From Gammaproteobacteria bacterium (lineage in GTDB: Bacteria > Pseudomonadota > Gammaproteobacteria > Ga0077536), in the NCBI GenBank assembly GCA_965216305.1, contig OZ244144.1, positions 3,692,429-3,756,428 of the forward strand: DNA of 64,000 nt, given 5' to 3'. The stretch's first letter is position 1. Each line of letters starts with the position of its first letter. This document shows, in pieces, positions 40,460-50,356 of the stretch. A program made the position numbers and the translations under genes. The notes beneath the pieces were generated by a model, which saw only the letters and a program-made list of their open reading frames with translations, was not told where the DNA came from and searched no databases.

Positions 40460-40607
40460 GAATCATTGCCGGCGTTATGAGCGCTGGTCGCCAGACTTGA
40501 GGGGGCGGCGGTGACGATGCCGACGCCGATGCTGATGCCGATGCCCTGGCGACCAGCGATGTTCATTCATTCATTCGCAATCGCGCCCGCCGCGAGGAGA
40601 ATCGAGC

Positions 40608-42824
40608 ATGACGAAGACGGTTTTTACGCATTGCCACTATTGTGTATCCCTGTGCGGTATCGCCGTGGATGTGGATGACGCGAATACAAAAGTCCTGAAC
40701 ATCGCACCCGACCGTGACAACCCGTTCTCATGGCGCGACTTCTGCCGCAAGGGTCAGAGCGCAGCCGGAATCCGCGATCATCCCAAGCGCCTCACAACCC
40801 CGATGCGACGCGTCGGCGATCGCTACGTAGCAGCGACGTATGAAGAAGCGATCGCGGACATCGCCGAGCGCTTCAACCGGATCATCGAGCAACATGGCCC
40901 CGATGCCGTCGGTTCCTACCACGGTAATCCGCTGGGCCATAATTTCGGCGACTCCACCGTGCACAGCGGCCTGCTTGCCGCAATCGGCACCGGCAACCGC
41001 TTCTGGGTGGGCTCACTCGATCAGAACAATCTGCACGTGGTGCAGGAAGAAATGTTCGGCTGCGAATTGATGTCCGTGCCTACGGACGTCGACGACTGCG
41101 AATGCTTCCTGTTGATCGGCATGGATCCGGCGGTCAGTCGCTTCGGCTGGATCGAGGTGATCCCGAGTGGCTGGAGTCGTGCGCTCGCCGCGCGCGACAA
41201 GGGCGCGGACCTGATCGTCGTCGACCCGCGCGTAACGACGTCGTCGCGTGAAGCCACCACGCACGTGTTGATCAAACCGGGCGAAGACTGGGCGTTTCTG
41301 CTCGGCCTGATCAGGATCATTGTCGACGAAGGCTGGAACAAACAGCCCGAAGCGGTGCCGGTTAACGGCCTTGAGGCGTTTTTTGATCTCGTGCGGGCAA
41401 CGGATCTCGCGGCGTTGTCGGACCGCTGCGAGGTTCCCATCGACCAAATGCACGATGTCGCGCGGCGCTTCGCCCACGCGCGCACCGCGGCCTGCGTCAC
41501 CCACACCGGGGTCGCGCACTCCGGCACCGGCACTGTCGCCGAATGGCTCAGCCAGTTGCTCAATATCATTACGAACCGCATGGATATGCCGGGTGGCAAA
41601 CGTTACGAGCGCGGCTACGTCGATTTACCGCAGGCGTGGAGCATGATGGCGCCGAAATCGAAACACCGCACGCGCCTGCGCAATCTCCCGACCATCGCCG
41701 GTTACCACTCGGTAACGGAACTCGCCGACGAAATTCTCACCCCCGGTGAACGGCAGATCCGCGGCATGTTGATCTGCTCGGGCAACCCCGTGGTGTCCGG
41801 TGCCGCTGGCGACAAGCTCGACCGCGCGCTGTCCGGACTCGACCTGCTGGTGGCGGTTGATCTCGTGCAACGCGAAAGTCATCGCCATGCACACTGGCTG
41901 ATCCCGGGCACCCACTGGCTGGAGCGTGAAGGCCTGCACCTCGCGTTTGGCAGCCTTATGGACAAACCCTATGCGCAGTACGCGCGTCGCTGCCTCGAAC
42001 CCAAAGCCGGCGTGCGCGAGGAATGGCGCTTCTATGCCGACCTCGCTCTCGCGATGAAGCGACCCCTGTTCGGTTTCAGAGGCGTCAACAGCGTCGTGCG
42101 CGCAAGCCGTCGCCTGGCGAAAATTCCCGGACTCGCGGCGCTCGAATTCGGTCCGGCCTGGTTCGAATGGTTGATGGTGGCGGCGGAACGTCGCATCAAG
42201 CTAAAGGACATCAAGCGTGCGCCGCACGGGTATCTGTACGACGACAAGCGTTACGGCGATCTCGCAAAATCCTTGCGCACCGCGAGCAAGGCGGTCGAAT
42301 GCGCGCCACCGGCGCTGATGGAGGAATGTCGGCGACTGCTCGCGAGCCGCCCCGCCGGGGTGAGCGAGGATTTTCCATTCACGTTGATCAACCGCCGTCA
42401 CCGCGAATCACTGAATTCCTGGATGAACGAGAATGCCGGCCTGTTTCAGCACTACCGCGGCAATCAGGCCGAGATGCACCCTGAAGACATGCTCGAGCTC
42501 GGTTTACAGGAAGGCGATCGGGTACGCATCAACTCGGATACCGGCGCAATAGAGCTGACGGTTACGGCGAGCGCGGGCGGCCGCACCGGCCTCATCACGA
42601 TCCCGCACGGCTGGGGCTCGCGTATTTTTGATGCGAATCGGCCGGGTGAGTTCGAATCCTGGGGCGAAAACCGCAATCGCCTCGTGAACGATCAAGACAT
42701 CGATCCGCTGTCGCAAACGCCGCTGCTGAATCTGACCCGGGTGAACGTTGTGCCCTTGCGCGAATCGACGACCACGACCCATGACCGCGCCAACGAGGCA
42801 TCGCTGCGGGAGGTCGCGCAATGA
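40608..42824 (+). CDS. Molybdopterin-dependent oxidoreductase (cytoplasmic, N-terminal 4Fe-4S)
   Basis: CHYCVSLC...FC.KG, RLT.PM.R, VVDPR, PG.D, GNPV.S, C-terminal HPED..L..GD.V..S..G; no Tat signal. Confidence 0.92.
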   Translation: MTKTVFTHCHYCVSLCGIAVDVDDANTKVLNIAPDRDNPFSWRDFCRKGQSAAGIRDHPKRLTTPMRRVGDRYVAATYEEAIADIAERFNRIIEQHGPDAVGSYHGNPLGHNFGDSTVHSGLLAAIGTGNRFWVGSLDQNNLHVVQEEMFGCELMSVPTDVDDCECFLLIGMDPAVSRFGWIEVIPSGWSRALAARDKGADLIVVDPRVTTSSREATTHVLIKPGEDWAFLLGLIRIIVDEGWNKQPEAVPVNGLEAFFDLVRATDLAALSDRCEVPIDQMHDVARRFAHARTAACVTHTGVAHSGTGTVAEWLSQLLNIITNRMDMPGGKRYERGYVDLPQAWSMMAPKSKHRTRLRNLPTIAGYHSVTELADEILTPGERQIRGMLICSGNPVVSGAAGDKLDRALSGLDLLVAVDLVQRESHRHAHWLIPGTHWLEREGLHLAFGSLMDKPYAQYARRCLEPKAGVREEWRFYADLALAMKRPLFGFRGVNSVVRASRRLAKIPGLAALEFGPAWFEWLMVAAERRIKLKDIKRAPHGYLYDDKRYGDLAKSLRTASKAVECAPPALMEECRRLLASRPAGVSEDFPFTLINRRHRESLNSWMNENAGLFQHYRGNQAEMHPEDMLELGLQEGDRVRINSDTGAIELTVTASAGGRTGLITIPHGWGSRIFDANRPGEFESWGENRNRLVNDQDIDPLSQTPLLNLTRVNVVPLRESTTTTHDRANEASLREVAQ

Positions 42825-43087
42825 GCTACGTGATCGTCGGTTCCTGTGTGAACGATGGCGTGTGTACGGACGTCTGCCCGGTAAACTGCATTCAGCCGGG
42901 ACCGACGTCGCCGGCCTACGAGCACACGGAAATGCTCTATATCAACCCGTCGCTGTGTATCGATTGTCATGCCTGCGCCGAAGCCTGTCCGATCGATGCA
43001 ATTTACCCGGCACACAAGTTGCCGCAAAAATGGGCGGAATATGCGGAGATAAACGCCGCCTACTTTCGCCGCGGACAGCGTACATGA
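42821..43087 (+). CDS. Dicluster ferredoxin (FdxA/FprB N-domain-like)
   Basis: C..D..C..VCPVNCI..MLYINP..CIDCHACAEACP. Confidence 0.93.
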   Translation: MSYVIVGSCVNDGVCTDVCPVNCIQPGPTSPAYEHTEMLYINPSLCIDCHACAEACPIDAIYPAHKLPQKWAEYAEINAAYFRRGQRT

Positions 43088-44442
43088 GTGCGGCCTTGCG
43101 CGTCGCCATCGTCGGCGCTGGCCCGGCGGGACTCTACGCGGCAGCAGAACTCGCCCGACAGCGCGATCCGGTGGTGACGGTCAACGTATTCGACCGCCTG
43201 CCAACCATGGGCGGGCTCGTCCGCGCCGGCGTCGCGCCGGACCATGCACAACGGCGCCGCATCATCGCGGCGACGGAGAAGCTCGCGCGCAGTAGCGGTC
43301 GCTGCGAGTTTTTCGGCAATGTGGAACTCGGTCGTGATGTACACCATCATGAACTGCTCGCGCACCATCACGCGGTAATTTACGCGAGCGGCGCGGCGGG
43401 CAGCGAGCCGCTCGATGTACCGGGGGCGGACCGGAATGGTTGCTGGTCTTCAAGCCAGTTCGTCGGCTGGTATAACGGTCATCCCGACCATGCCGGACAT
43501 GCGATCGATCTGAGCTGCGCGCGCGCGGTCGTCATCGGTAATGGTAATGTCGCGCTCGATGTGGCGCGCGTACTGTTGCAATCGGCCGCTGAACTCGCCG
43601 CCTCCGATACCGCGGATCACGCGCGTGAGGCGCTCGCGAACTCGCGCATTCGTGACGTCGTTATCCTTGGACGTCGCGGTCCGGCGCAGGCAAGCTTTAC
43701 GCACCCGGAACTGCGTGAGCTCGGCTGCATGGACGACGTCTCGATCGCGGTGGCGGCAGAGGATCTTGCCGCGCCCGGCTGGGACGATTCGTTCACGTTG
43801 GTGCAACGACGCGAGATCCTCGAACGTTACGCAACACAGCCACGCAGCGGCGCGCCGAAGCGTCTGCAATTCCGCTTCCTGAGCTCACCGCTGGAAATCC
43901 ACGGCGATTCGCGGGTCAGTGGCCTCACGGTAATGCGTAATACACTCACCACCGATGCGCACGGCCTGGACCGCGCGCTTGCGAGCGGTGACACCGAACA
44001 ACTCGATACCGGGCTCATCATCCACGCCATCGGGTACCGCGCGACGCCGCTGCCGGAGGTGCCGTTTGATACGCAATCGGGCACGGTCCCGCACACTGCG
44101 GGCCGGATTCCCGGCGGCAGCGCTGGCGTGGCGAGCGGCGCTTATGTCTGCGGCTGGATCAAGCGCGGGCCGCGGGGCGTAATCGGCAGCAACAAGCAGT
44201 GCGCTGCAGAAACCGTTCGTGCGTTACTCGCTGACGCACGCGCCGGCAAGCTCGCGACGCCGGCGTACGGCGAACAACATTTGATCGCACTCGTGCGCGA
44301 GCGGCAACCAGGGTTTGTGAACTATTCCGGCTGGAAGTTGATCGATCGCCACGAGCAAACCCATGCGCAAAATGGCGCGCCGCGTCGCAAGCTGTGTTCC
44401 GTGTCCGAGATGCTGCGGGTCGCCGGCAAGGCAGCAATCTGA
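43084..44442 (+). CDS. Ferredoxin-NADP+ reductase (adrenodoxin reductase/FprA type)
   Basis: VGAGPAG, GLVR.GVAPDH, FVGWYNGHP, IGNGNVALDVAR, GRRGP, GWIKRGP.GVIG.N; ATGA overlap with the ferredoxin gene. Confidence 0.93.
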   Translation: MSAALRVAIVGAGPAGLYAAAELARQRDPVVTVNVFDRLPTMGGLVRAGVAPDHAQRRRIIAATEKLARSSGRCEFFGNVELGRDVHHHELLAHHHAVIYASGAAGSEPLDVPGADRNGCWSSSQFVGWYNGHPDHAGHAIDLSCARAVVIGNGNVALDVARVLLQSAAELAASDTADHAREALANSRIRDVVILGRRGPAQASFTHPELRELGCMDDVSIAVAAEDLAAPGWDDSFTLVQRREILERYATQPRSGAPKRLQFRFLSSPLEIHGDSRVSGLTVMRNTLTTDAHGLDRALASGDTEQLDTGLIIHAIGYRATPLPEVPFDTQSGTVPHTAGRIPGGSAGVASGAYVCGWIKRGPRGVIGSNKQCAAETVRALLADARAGKLATPAYGEQHLIALVRERQPGFVNYSGWKLIDRHEQTHAQNGAPRRKLCSVSEMLRVAGKAAI

Positions 44443-44603
44443 ACCAGTGCGCGACCCCCTGGCCGCGGCACACGCCGTTGCGATAACGCCTTCACTGCCG
44501 CGTTCGTGCTGCCTCGCCGGGGGCGGGTTTTCAGATCTGCGCAAGGGTTTCGCGCGGGCTCAGGCCGCGCGGAACTACAGCGCTGCGGCGCGGCGCAACT
44601 CCC

Positions 44604-45518
44604 TCAGCCGGCGAAGCGCGGTTCCGGCAAGCCCTCGATGCCGAGGCCGGTGATGCGAAACAAACTGCCCGCGCCGAACTGGGGTTGCACCTGGCGGGCA
44701 AAATGATCGTGCGTCGCGGGATGGCTTACCCGCCCCATCGACGTGACATAGATTTCGTCGAGTTTATCCCCGCCGAAGCACACGCTCGTGATATTCCTGA
44801 CCGGCATGCCGATCCGGCGCTCGACTTCGCCGTCCGGCGTATAACGGATCAATTCGCCGCCGATCACCATCGCGTTCCAGACGCACCCTTCGGCGTCGAC
44901 GGTGCTGCCATCAAAGAACCCCGGCTCATCAAGCGTGCTGGCAAACTCGCGTCGATTACCCGGGGTCCCGGTCGCGGGATCGTAATCGTAGGCCCACATC
45001 ACCTGCTGAAACGTGTCGGCGAAATAAAACGTGCGATCGTCCGGGCTCCAGCACGGTCCGTTCGAGCAAATGATGCCATCGTCGACCCGGGTTACCGACA
45101 GGTCCGGATCGAGCCGCCACAAACCGCACAGCTTAAGCTCCTCTTCGTCGTCCATGCCGCCGGCGAAGAAGCGTCCCTGCCGGTCCACCTTGCCGTCATT
45201 GAGTCGGCTGCGCGGCTGACCGGAATCGATCAGCGTGATGAGTTCGAGTTCGCTGCGCTCGAAGTCGAACAGATAGAACCCGTCATCGAGCGCGAGCACC
45301 GCGCCGCCGCGTTCGCGCAGCGCCATGGCGCCGACGTCGTGGCCCAGCATCCAGCTGCGGGTTTTACCGCTGGCCGGATCGAGCCGCCACAGCCCCGGGT
45401 TACCGACGCGGCGTCCGGTTCCGTCCACCCAGTACAACGCACCTTCTTCGACGTCCCATACCGGGCCCTCGCCAAGGTGGTTATTGCACGCGACGACGCA
45501 TTCAATTGAGTAATTCAT
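44604..45518 (-). CDS. SMP-30/gluconolactonase/LRE family protein
   Basis: LGEGPVW, RLNDGKVD..GRF, SNGPCWSPD, DG..VDAEG..W, TS.CFGG. Confidence 0.93.
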   Translation of the reverse strand: MNYSIECVVACNNHLGEGPVWDVEEGALYWVDGTGRRVGNPGLWRLDPASGKTRSWMLGHDVGAMALRERGGAVLALDDGFYLFDFERSELELITLIDSGQPRSRLNDGKVDRQGRFFAGGMDDEEELKLCGLWRLDPDLSVTRVDDGIICSNGPCWSPDDRTFYFADTFQQVMWAYDYDPATGTPGNRREFASTLDEPGFFDGSTVDAEGCVWNAMVIGGELIRYTPDGEVERRIGMPVRNITSVCFGGDKLDEIYVTSMGRVSHPATHDHFARQVQPQFGAGSLFRITGLGIEGLPEPRFAG

Positions 45519-45591
45519 TCATGATTCCTGATTATCCGGGTGACGCGCTTGAGCGCGCGCCAGTTGCGATGAGGCGTGAGCGCGCCGCGGT

Positions 45592-46269
45592 TCAGCGCGC
45601 CCGCGGTTGCGCGGGAGCATCGAGAGCACGGCGAAACGTATCGCCGATACCCGCGAGAAAATTATCGATCAACAGCTCGAGCATGAAATCCACATCGTCG
45701 GCAACCTCAAGCCCGAACACGTGCTTGCGGATAATCGAATAGATCACGCTGCCGTGCAGACCGAAAACAAGTTCTTCTTCGAGCGGTGTTACCGTTTGAT
45801 CCGCGTGCGCGTCGAGGCCCAGTTCTACGCGTAATTCGATCACGATGGGGTGGATCAGACGTTCGCGCACGAGTTGCATATAGCGCTGATTGATCGTCTC
45901 GCCCCGTAACGCCGAGTACAGTGAGATCCGGATCACTTCGTATCGTCCGATGCTGCGGAAATAGTCGCGGTAAAATCCGAGCAGGCGCGTGCGCAAGGGA
46001 TGCGTTCGATCGACGAGTGCGCTTTCCCATTCGTGGTTCCAGCGATTCAGGAACACGACGTCGTAAACACTGTCCACAAGCGCGGCCATGTTCGGGAAAT
46101 AACGGAAGATCAGCGACTGGCTGATCCCGAGGTGCTCGGCGAGTTCGCGCGTTCGCACATCGAAGCCGAAGTCGGCGAAATAATCGATTGCGCCCTCGAG
46201 GATCATTCGTCGGCGCTCATCGGCCGAATAACGGCGTCGCACAGTACCCATATCGATCACGGCATTCAT
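45592..46269 (-). CDS. TetR/AcrR family regulator
   Basis: ERR..IL..A...FA..GF...TRELA..LGISQ.LIFRYFP. Confidence 0.9.
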   Translation of the reverse strand: MNAVIDMGTVRRRYSADERRRMILEGAIDYFADFGFDVRTRELAEHLGISQSLIFRYFPNMAALVDSVYDVVFLNRWNHEWESALVDRTHPLRTRLLGFYRDYFRSIGRYEVIRISLYSALRGETINQRYMQLVRERLIHPIVIELRVELGLDAHADQTVTPLEEELVFGLHGSVIYSIIRKHVFGLEVADDVDFMLELLIDNFLAGIGDTFRRALDAPAQPRAR

Positions 46270-46287
46270 TACGTTACAAACGTGACC

Positions 46288-47067
46288 CTAGTTGAGCGGA
46301 CGGCCGCCATCAACCGGTACGATCGTGCCGGTTGTGAAGCGTAAATGGACCGCCACCGCGTACAGTGCATCGGCAACATCGGCGGGGCTGGCGATACGTC
46401 CGAGCGGCGTGCGCGTACGTTGCTCGTCGAGGTAGGCCGCTGGCGCGCGCTCGGCGTACTCCCCTTCAACCCAGCCCGGCGACAGCGATACAACCCTGAT
46501 CGCTGGCGCAAGCGCGCGGGCCAGGGTCATGGTCAGTGAATCGAGTGCGGCTTTCGACGCGCAGTAAGCGATATTGCTGCCAACCCCGGTGCGCGCCGCG
46601 ATTGAGGAAATATTCACAATCAGGCCCGCGTTCGAACGCGCGAGTTCGGCACGGCAGGCACGCGCGGCCGCAAAGCAGCCGCGCCAGTTGACCCGGAAGA
46701 TCTCGTCGATCGTCTCATCGTCGAGATCATCGAGATCCGCATGCGGCACAACGCGGGTGGTGCCGGCATTGTTGACCAGCATATCGAGTCGCCCGTAATC
46801 ACGACGGATCTCATCGACGAGCGCGGCAAACTGATCGCTGTGCGTGCACGACACCATCGCGATGCGGTGGCCGCTGCCCGGCAGTCCGGCGATCAGGGCC
46901 TGTCCGCGAGCGAGATTCGAACGGCAGGTGGCGATAACCTGCGCACCTTCCGCGGCGAGACGCTGGCACAGCGCGGAGCCGATGCCGCCACTGCCACCCG
47001 TGACGAGCGCCACGCGGCCGGCCAGCGCGCCGTGCGGTGCGACACCGGGATCGGCCGTTACGCTCAT
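46288..47067 (-). CDS. SDR family oxidoreductase
   Basis: TGGSGGIG, LVNNAG, NISS, YCASK, PG. Confidence 0.95.
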   Translation of the reverse strand: MSVTADPGVAPHGALAGRVALVTGGSGGIGSALCQRLAAEGAQVIATCRSNLARGQALIAGLPGSGHRIAMVSCTHSDQFAALVDEIRRDYGRLDMLVNNAGTTRVVPHADLDDLDDETIDEIFRVNWRGCFAAARACRAELARSNAGLIVNISSIAARTGVGSNIAYCASKAALDSLTMTLARALAPAIRVVSLSPGWVEGEYAERAPAAYLDEQRTRTPLGRIASPADVADALYAVAVHLRFTTGTIVPVDGGRPLN

Positions 47068-47903
47068 GCGAGACGGCGGGTGTCACCCACATCGCCGATC
47101 CAGCCGGTCACCCGACTCACGCAGCCGCCGAGCGATTCGATAACCGGCAGCGCGGCGAGCCCGTTCGCAACATGATGGACGGTTGGCATATCGCGCCACT
47201 GCACCGCACGCGCCTCGATGCCGGCTACGCCGAACTGGCGCTCAGTGATAGTCATGTTCGCATGCGCATCAGGATCCAGCGGATCCGGCGACACGGTTGC
47301 GTAGGCGCAATCCGGCCCGGCTTCCGGTGGCGTACCGGGAATATATTTGTACTGCAACCAGCCTTCTGACGGCGGCATCGCGGCGATGCTGCCTTCATCA
47401 CGCAGATCGCTTACGGACACGCGCAGAAATTCCGTGCCCGCCCAGCCGAGTCGGCACGTCCACTCGCCGGCGAGCACTTCCGGTGCCGGGATCTCGCAGT
47501 AAATTTTTGGATGGCCGAGTTCGTCACGTCCGGTGATGATCGGATCGGCCGCGTTCTCGAACAGCACCGCGGCGAAGCGTCCGGCCACGTTGTCCTGCGT
47601 ACCTCGGTAACGGCACGGCCACGACACGAGGCAAATGTTGTAACCGCGACCGGCGAGCCACTGGATCTGCTCCATGTAAGCGAAATCGAGCGACACGATC
47701 GGATCGCCATTGAGCTCGAAGCCGGGCGGCAGCATGTTCTCGAGCATTGCGGCATCGGTGAGAAAGCGCGCGGTCACGGCTGTCGTCAGCGGGTAGCGCG
47801 TATGATCGATGCTGACGTCGGCGGGGACGGAGCGCGGTCCCGGTGCCGGCCCGAAGTGGGTTGGCATGCGGTAGCGTGCGCCGGGCTGAAAAGTATAGGC
47901 CAT
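47064..47903 (-). CDS. Acetoacetate decarboxylase family protein
   Basis: YRMP..FGP..GPR, LP.GF, WLAGRGYN, E...DPIITGRDELG.PK (Schiff-base Lys). Confidence 0.85.
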   Translation of the reverse strand: MAYTFQPGARYRMPTHFGPAPGPRSVPADVSIDHTRYPLTTAVTARFLTDAAMLENMLPPGFELNGDPIVSLDFAYMEQIQWLAGRGYNICLVSWPCRYRGTQDNVAGRFAAVLFENAADPIITGRDELGHPKIYCEIPAPEVLAGEWTCRLGWAGTEFLRVSVSDLRDEGSIAAMPPSEGWLQYKYIPGTPPEAGPDCAYATVSPDPLDPDAHANMTITERQFGVAGIEARAVQWRDMPTVHHVANGLAALPVIESLGGCVSRVTGWIGDVGDTRRLA

Positions 47904-47914
47904 GGTCTCACTCC

Positions 47915-49210
47915 TTAACGGGTAACGTTGTGGTCGCCGGTGGACAGGCGCCGGACGCGGATGTCGGCCTGCTCCTGGTGGCCGGCGAAATTTTCAATCG
48001 CGCACAGGCGCGAACAGTACTCGCCGATATGGACCGCGGCTGCGTCCGTTACGACTTTTTGATACGTATGGGTTTTAATGAACTTGCCGACCCACAAACC
48101 ACCGGTGAAGCGGCCGTTGCGGCGCGTCGGCAAGGTGTGGTTCGTTCCGATCACCTTGTCGCCAAACGCGACGTTCGTGCGCGAGCCGAGAAACAGGCCG
48201 CCATAAGCGCTCATGTGTTCGAGGAACCAGTCCGGGTTGCGCGTCATCACCTGCACATGTTCCGAGGCGATGTCCTCGGCAACGCTGAGCATTTCCTCGT
48301 CGCTGTCGCACAGAATGATTTCACCGTAATCCTCCCAGGCTTTCGCCGCGACCTCGGCCGTGGCAAGACGGCTCAGTACATTCGCGATCGCCTCGGGCAG
48401 CGCTCGCGCCAGCGCTTCATTCGTGGTTACGCAGATGGCCGGTGAGGTGGGACCGTGTTCGGCCTGCCCGAGCAGATCCACGGCAACGAGTTCGGCATCG
48501 ACGCTGTCGTCGCATATCACGAGCGTTTCCGTTGGTCCCGCCAGCAGATCGATGCCGACCTCACCGAACAACTGCCGCTTGGCTTCGGCGACGTAGGCAT
48601 TACCCGGTCCCACGATCATGTCGACGGCCGGCACCGAATCGGTACCGAGCGCCATCGCGGCGATCGCCTGTGCGCCGCCCATGACATAGATTTCGTCCGC
48701 ACCGGCCAGGGCCATTGCCGCGATTACCGCCGGATTCGCGCGGCCTTCAAACGGGGGAGTCGCGGCGATCACGCGCTGAACACCGGCGACGCGCGCCGTC
48801 AGCACGCTCATGTGTGCCGATGCCACCATCGGGTAGCGGCCACCGGGGACGTAGCAACCGGCCGAACGCACCGGAATATTGCGGTGGCCGAGGATCACGC
48901 CTGGCAGGGTCTCAACCTCGACATCGCGCAGCGTCGCCAACTGGATTTGCGCGAAACGGCGGATTTGTGCCTGCGCAAAGCGGATGTCCTCGAGCGTTTG
49001 CGGGTCGAGCTCGGCGATCGCCGCATCAATGTCATCGGGCGAGAGCCGCAGGGATGGCGGATCCCAGCGGTCGAGCTCCTGGCAGTAGCGACGCAAGGCG
49101 ACGTCGCCGTCGCGGCGAATATCGTCGATCACCGTAGCGACCACGTCCTGTACAGCGCGGTTATCACTTTGCACGTGTTGCACCGACCTGCCCGTCTTCA
49201 GTTTCTGCAT
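47915..49210 (-). CDS. Histidinol dehydrogenase homologue (HpsN-like subfamily), not in a his operon
   Basis: [61 protein letters not shown] (canonical HisD has GDY..G.NH). Confidence 0.88.
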   Translation of the reverse strand: MQKLKTGRSVQHVQSDNRAVQDVVATVIDDIRRDGDVALRRYCQELDRWDPPSLRLSPDDIDAAIAELDPQTLEDIRFAQAQIRRFAQIQLATLRDVEVETLPGVILGHRNIPVRSAGCYVPGGRYPMVASAHMSVLTARVAGVQRVIAATPPFEGRANPAVIAAMALAGADEIYVMGGAQAIAAMALGTDSVPAVDMIVGPGNAYVAEAKRQLFGEVGIDLLAGPTETLVICDDSVDAELVAVDLLGQAEHGPTSPAICVTTNEALARALPEAIANVLSRLATAEVAAKAWEDYGEIILCDSDEEMLSVAEDIASEHVQVMTRNPDWFLEHMSAYGGLFLGSRTNVAFGDKVIGTNHTLPTRRNGRFTGGLWVGKFIKTHTYQKVVTDAAAVHIGEYCSRLCAIENFAGHQEQADIRVRRLSTGDHNVTR

Positions 49211-49261
49211 GCTCTCAATACTCCTGCGACGTGAGGTGCCGCTCGGGCGCTCTCACAGTGA

Positions 49262-49402
49262 AGGTTTTATTATTACTCAAATGATTATTTAATGTAAACA
49301 CGAGAATATAATATGTATTTAACGCAGCTAATTCGGCACTTATATGCAGATAATTCGTACTCCTCGTAATTATTTTATTTATCATTTATTTACTTATACA
49401 AT
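49262..49402. promoter_or_regulatory. Very AT-rich divergent promoter region
   Basis: Sharp AT enrichment between the hisD-like gene and coxG; TACTCA-AA-TGATTA near-palindrome. Confidence 0.5.
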
Positions 49403-49523
49403 CCGCAACGGTGGCGGAAATGCCTGCCCGCCCGTGACTCAGCCGCGACGCGCGGCGCAGAAACGTTTCCCTTGCCGGCACGACCGGCGGCAGCAAGCAA
49501 AGTCCTTCATGGCAGGAAGCAGC

Positions 49524-50090
49524 ATGAATCTCAAAGACGATATTTCTATTGCCGCCTCTCGCGAGATCGTGTTCGCCGCCCTTAATGATCCCGACATCCT
49601 GCGCCAGGCCATCCCCGGCTGCGAAGAACTTGAAGCGATTGGCAACGACCAGTTCGCCGCCGTGGTCGGCGCACGGGTGGGCCCGCTAAAGGCACGATTC
49701 ACCGGACAGGTAACGCTTATGAATATCAATCCACCCGTGAGCTATACACTCGCCGGCGAAGGCAAGGGTGGTCCGGCCGGCCATGCAAAAATTACCGCGA
49801 GCGTGGCTTTGAAGGAGGATGGTGCGGGGACGATTCTGATTTACGACGTCAACGCCGATATCGGCGGCAAACTCGCGCAACTCGGCGGTAAGCTCGTGGA
49901 GAATACGGCGCGCAAGCTCGCCGGCGAATTCTTCCGCAATTTCGAACAGTTGATCGTGCCGCGTGCCGACCAGCAAGCGCATGCGCCGATAACCGAGACC
50001 CCCGCCGCGAGCGCAAGTAGCGCGCCGTGGCGCCAATGGGGGATCGGGCTCGTTGCGGTAGCCGGCTTAATCGGCTGGTTACTACGGTAG
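49524..50090 (+). CDS. coxG: CoxG/SRPBCC family protein with C-terminal membrane anchor
   Basis: V..ALNDP.IL...IPGCE, VGP.KA.F.G.V, GEG.GG.AG.AK, GGKLAQLG..L. Confidence 0.88.
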   Translation: MNLKDDISIAASREIVFAALNDPDILRQAIPGCEELEAIGNDQFAAVVGARVGPLKARFTGQVTLMNINPPVSYTLAGEGKGGPAGHAKITASVALKEDGAGTILIYDVNADIGGKLAQLGGKLVENTARKLAGEFFRNFEQLIVPRADQQAHAPITETPAASASSAPWRQWGIGLVAVAGLIGWLLR

Positions 50091-50121
50091 ACGGGGCGAA
50101 CCCGCCCAGCGGAAAGCGTTG

Positions 50122-50284
50122 CGCTAAACAGGCGTGCGCAACCTTGAGATCCGACGACTTCGGGACCGGGATCGATCTCTACACCCCATCCCCGTCCCTT
50201 CCCCTCCCATATCTATTAACCTGGGAGGGGAACGGTACCTGGTCCATCGAGGTTCGTGTTGCATAATTTGAAGCACGTACTTAG
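50122..50284 (-). repeat. Structured dispersed repeat of about 163 bp, copy 2 (inverted relative to copy 1)
   Basis: Reverse complement matches 31081-31243. Confidence 0.9.
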
Positions 50285-50356
50285 CCGCGACGGTTCGCGC
50301 GATACCAGCGGGCAGAACCGGCCCCGCGCCTCAGCAGCACGCGCGAGTGCGCCGGA

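Noticed and set aside
40513-40546. Degenerate CCGATG hexamer run
   Set aside because: Short, imperfect and intergenic; no supportable function
42748-43083. N-terminal extension of the reductase ORF
   Set aside because: Overlaps the ferredoxin gene in another frame; the real start is ATG 43084
47915-49210. Call as biosynthetic hisD or as hpsN
   Set aside because: Motifs and gene context differ from both, so no symbol was assigned
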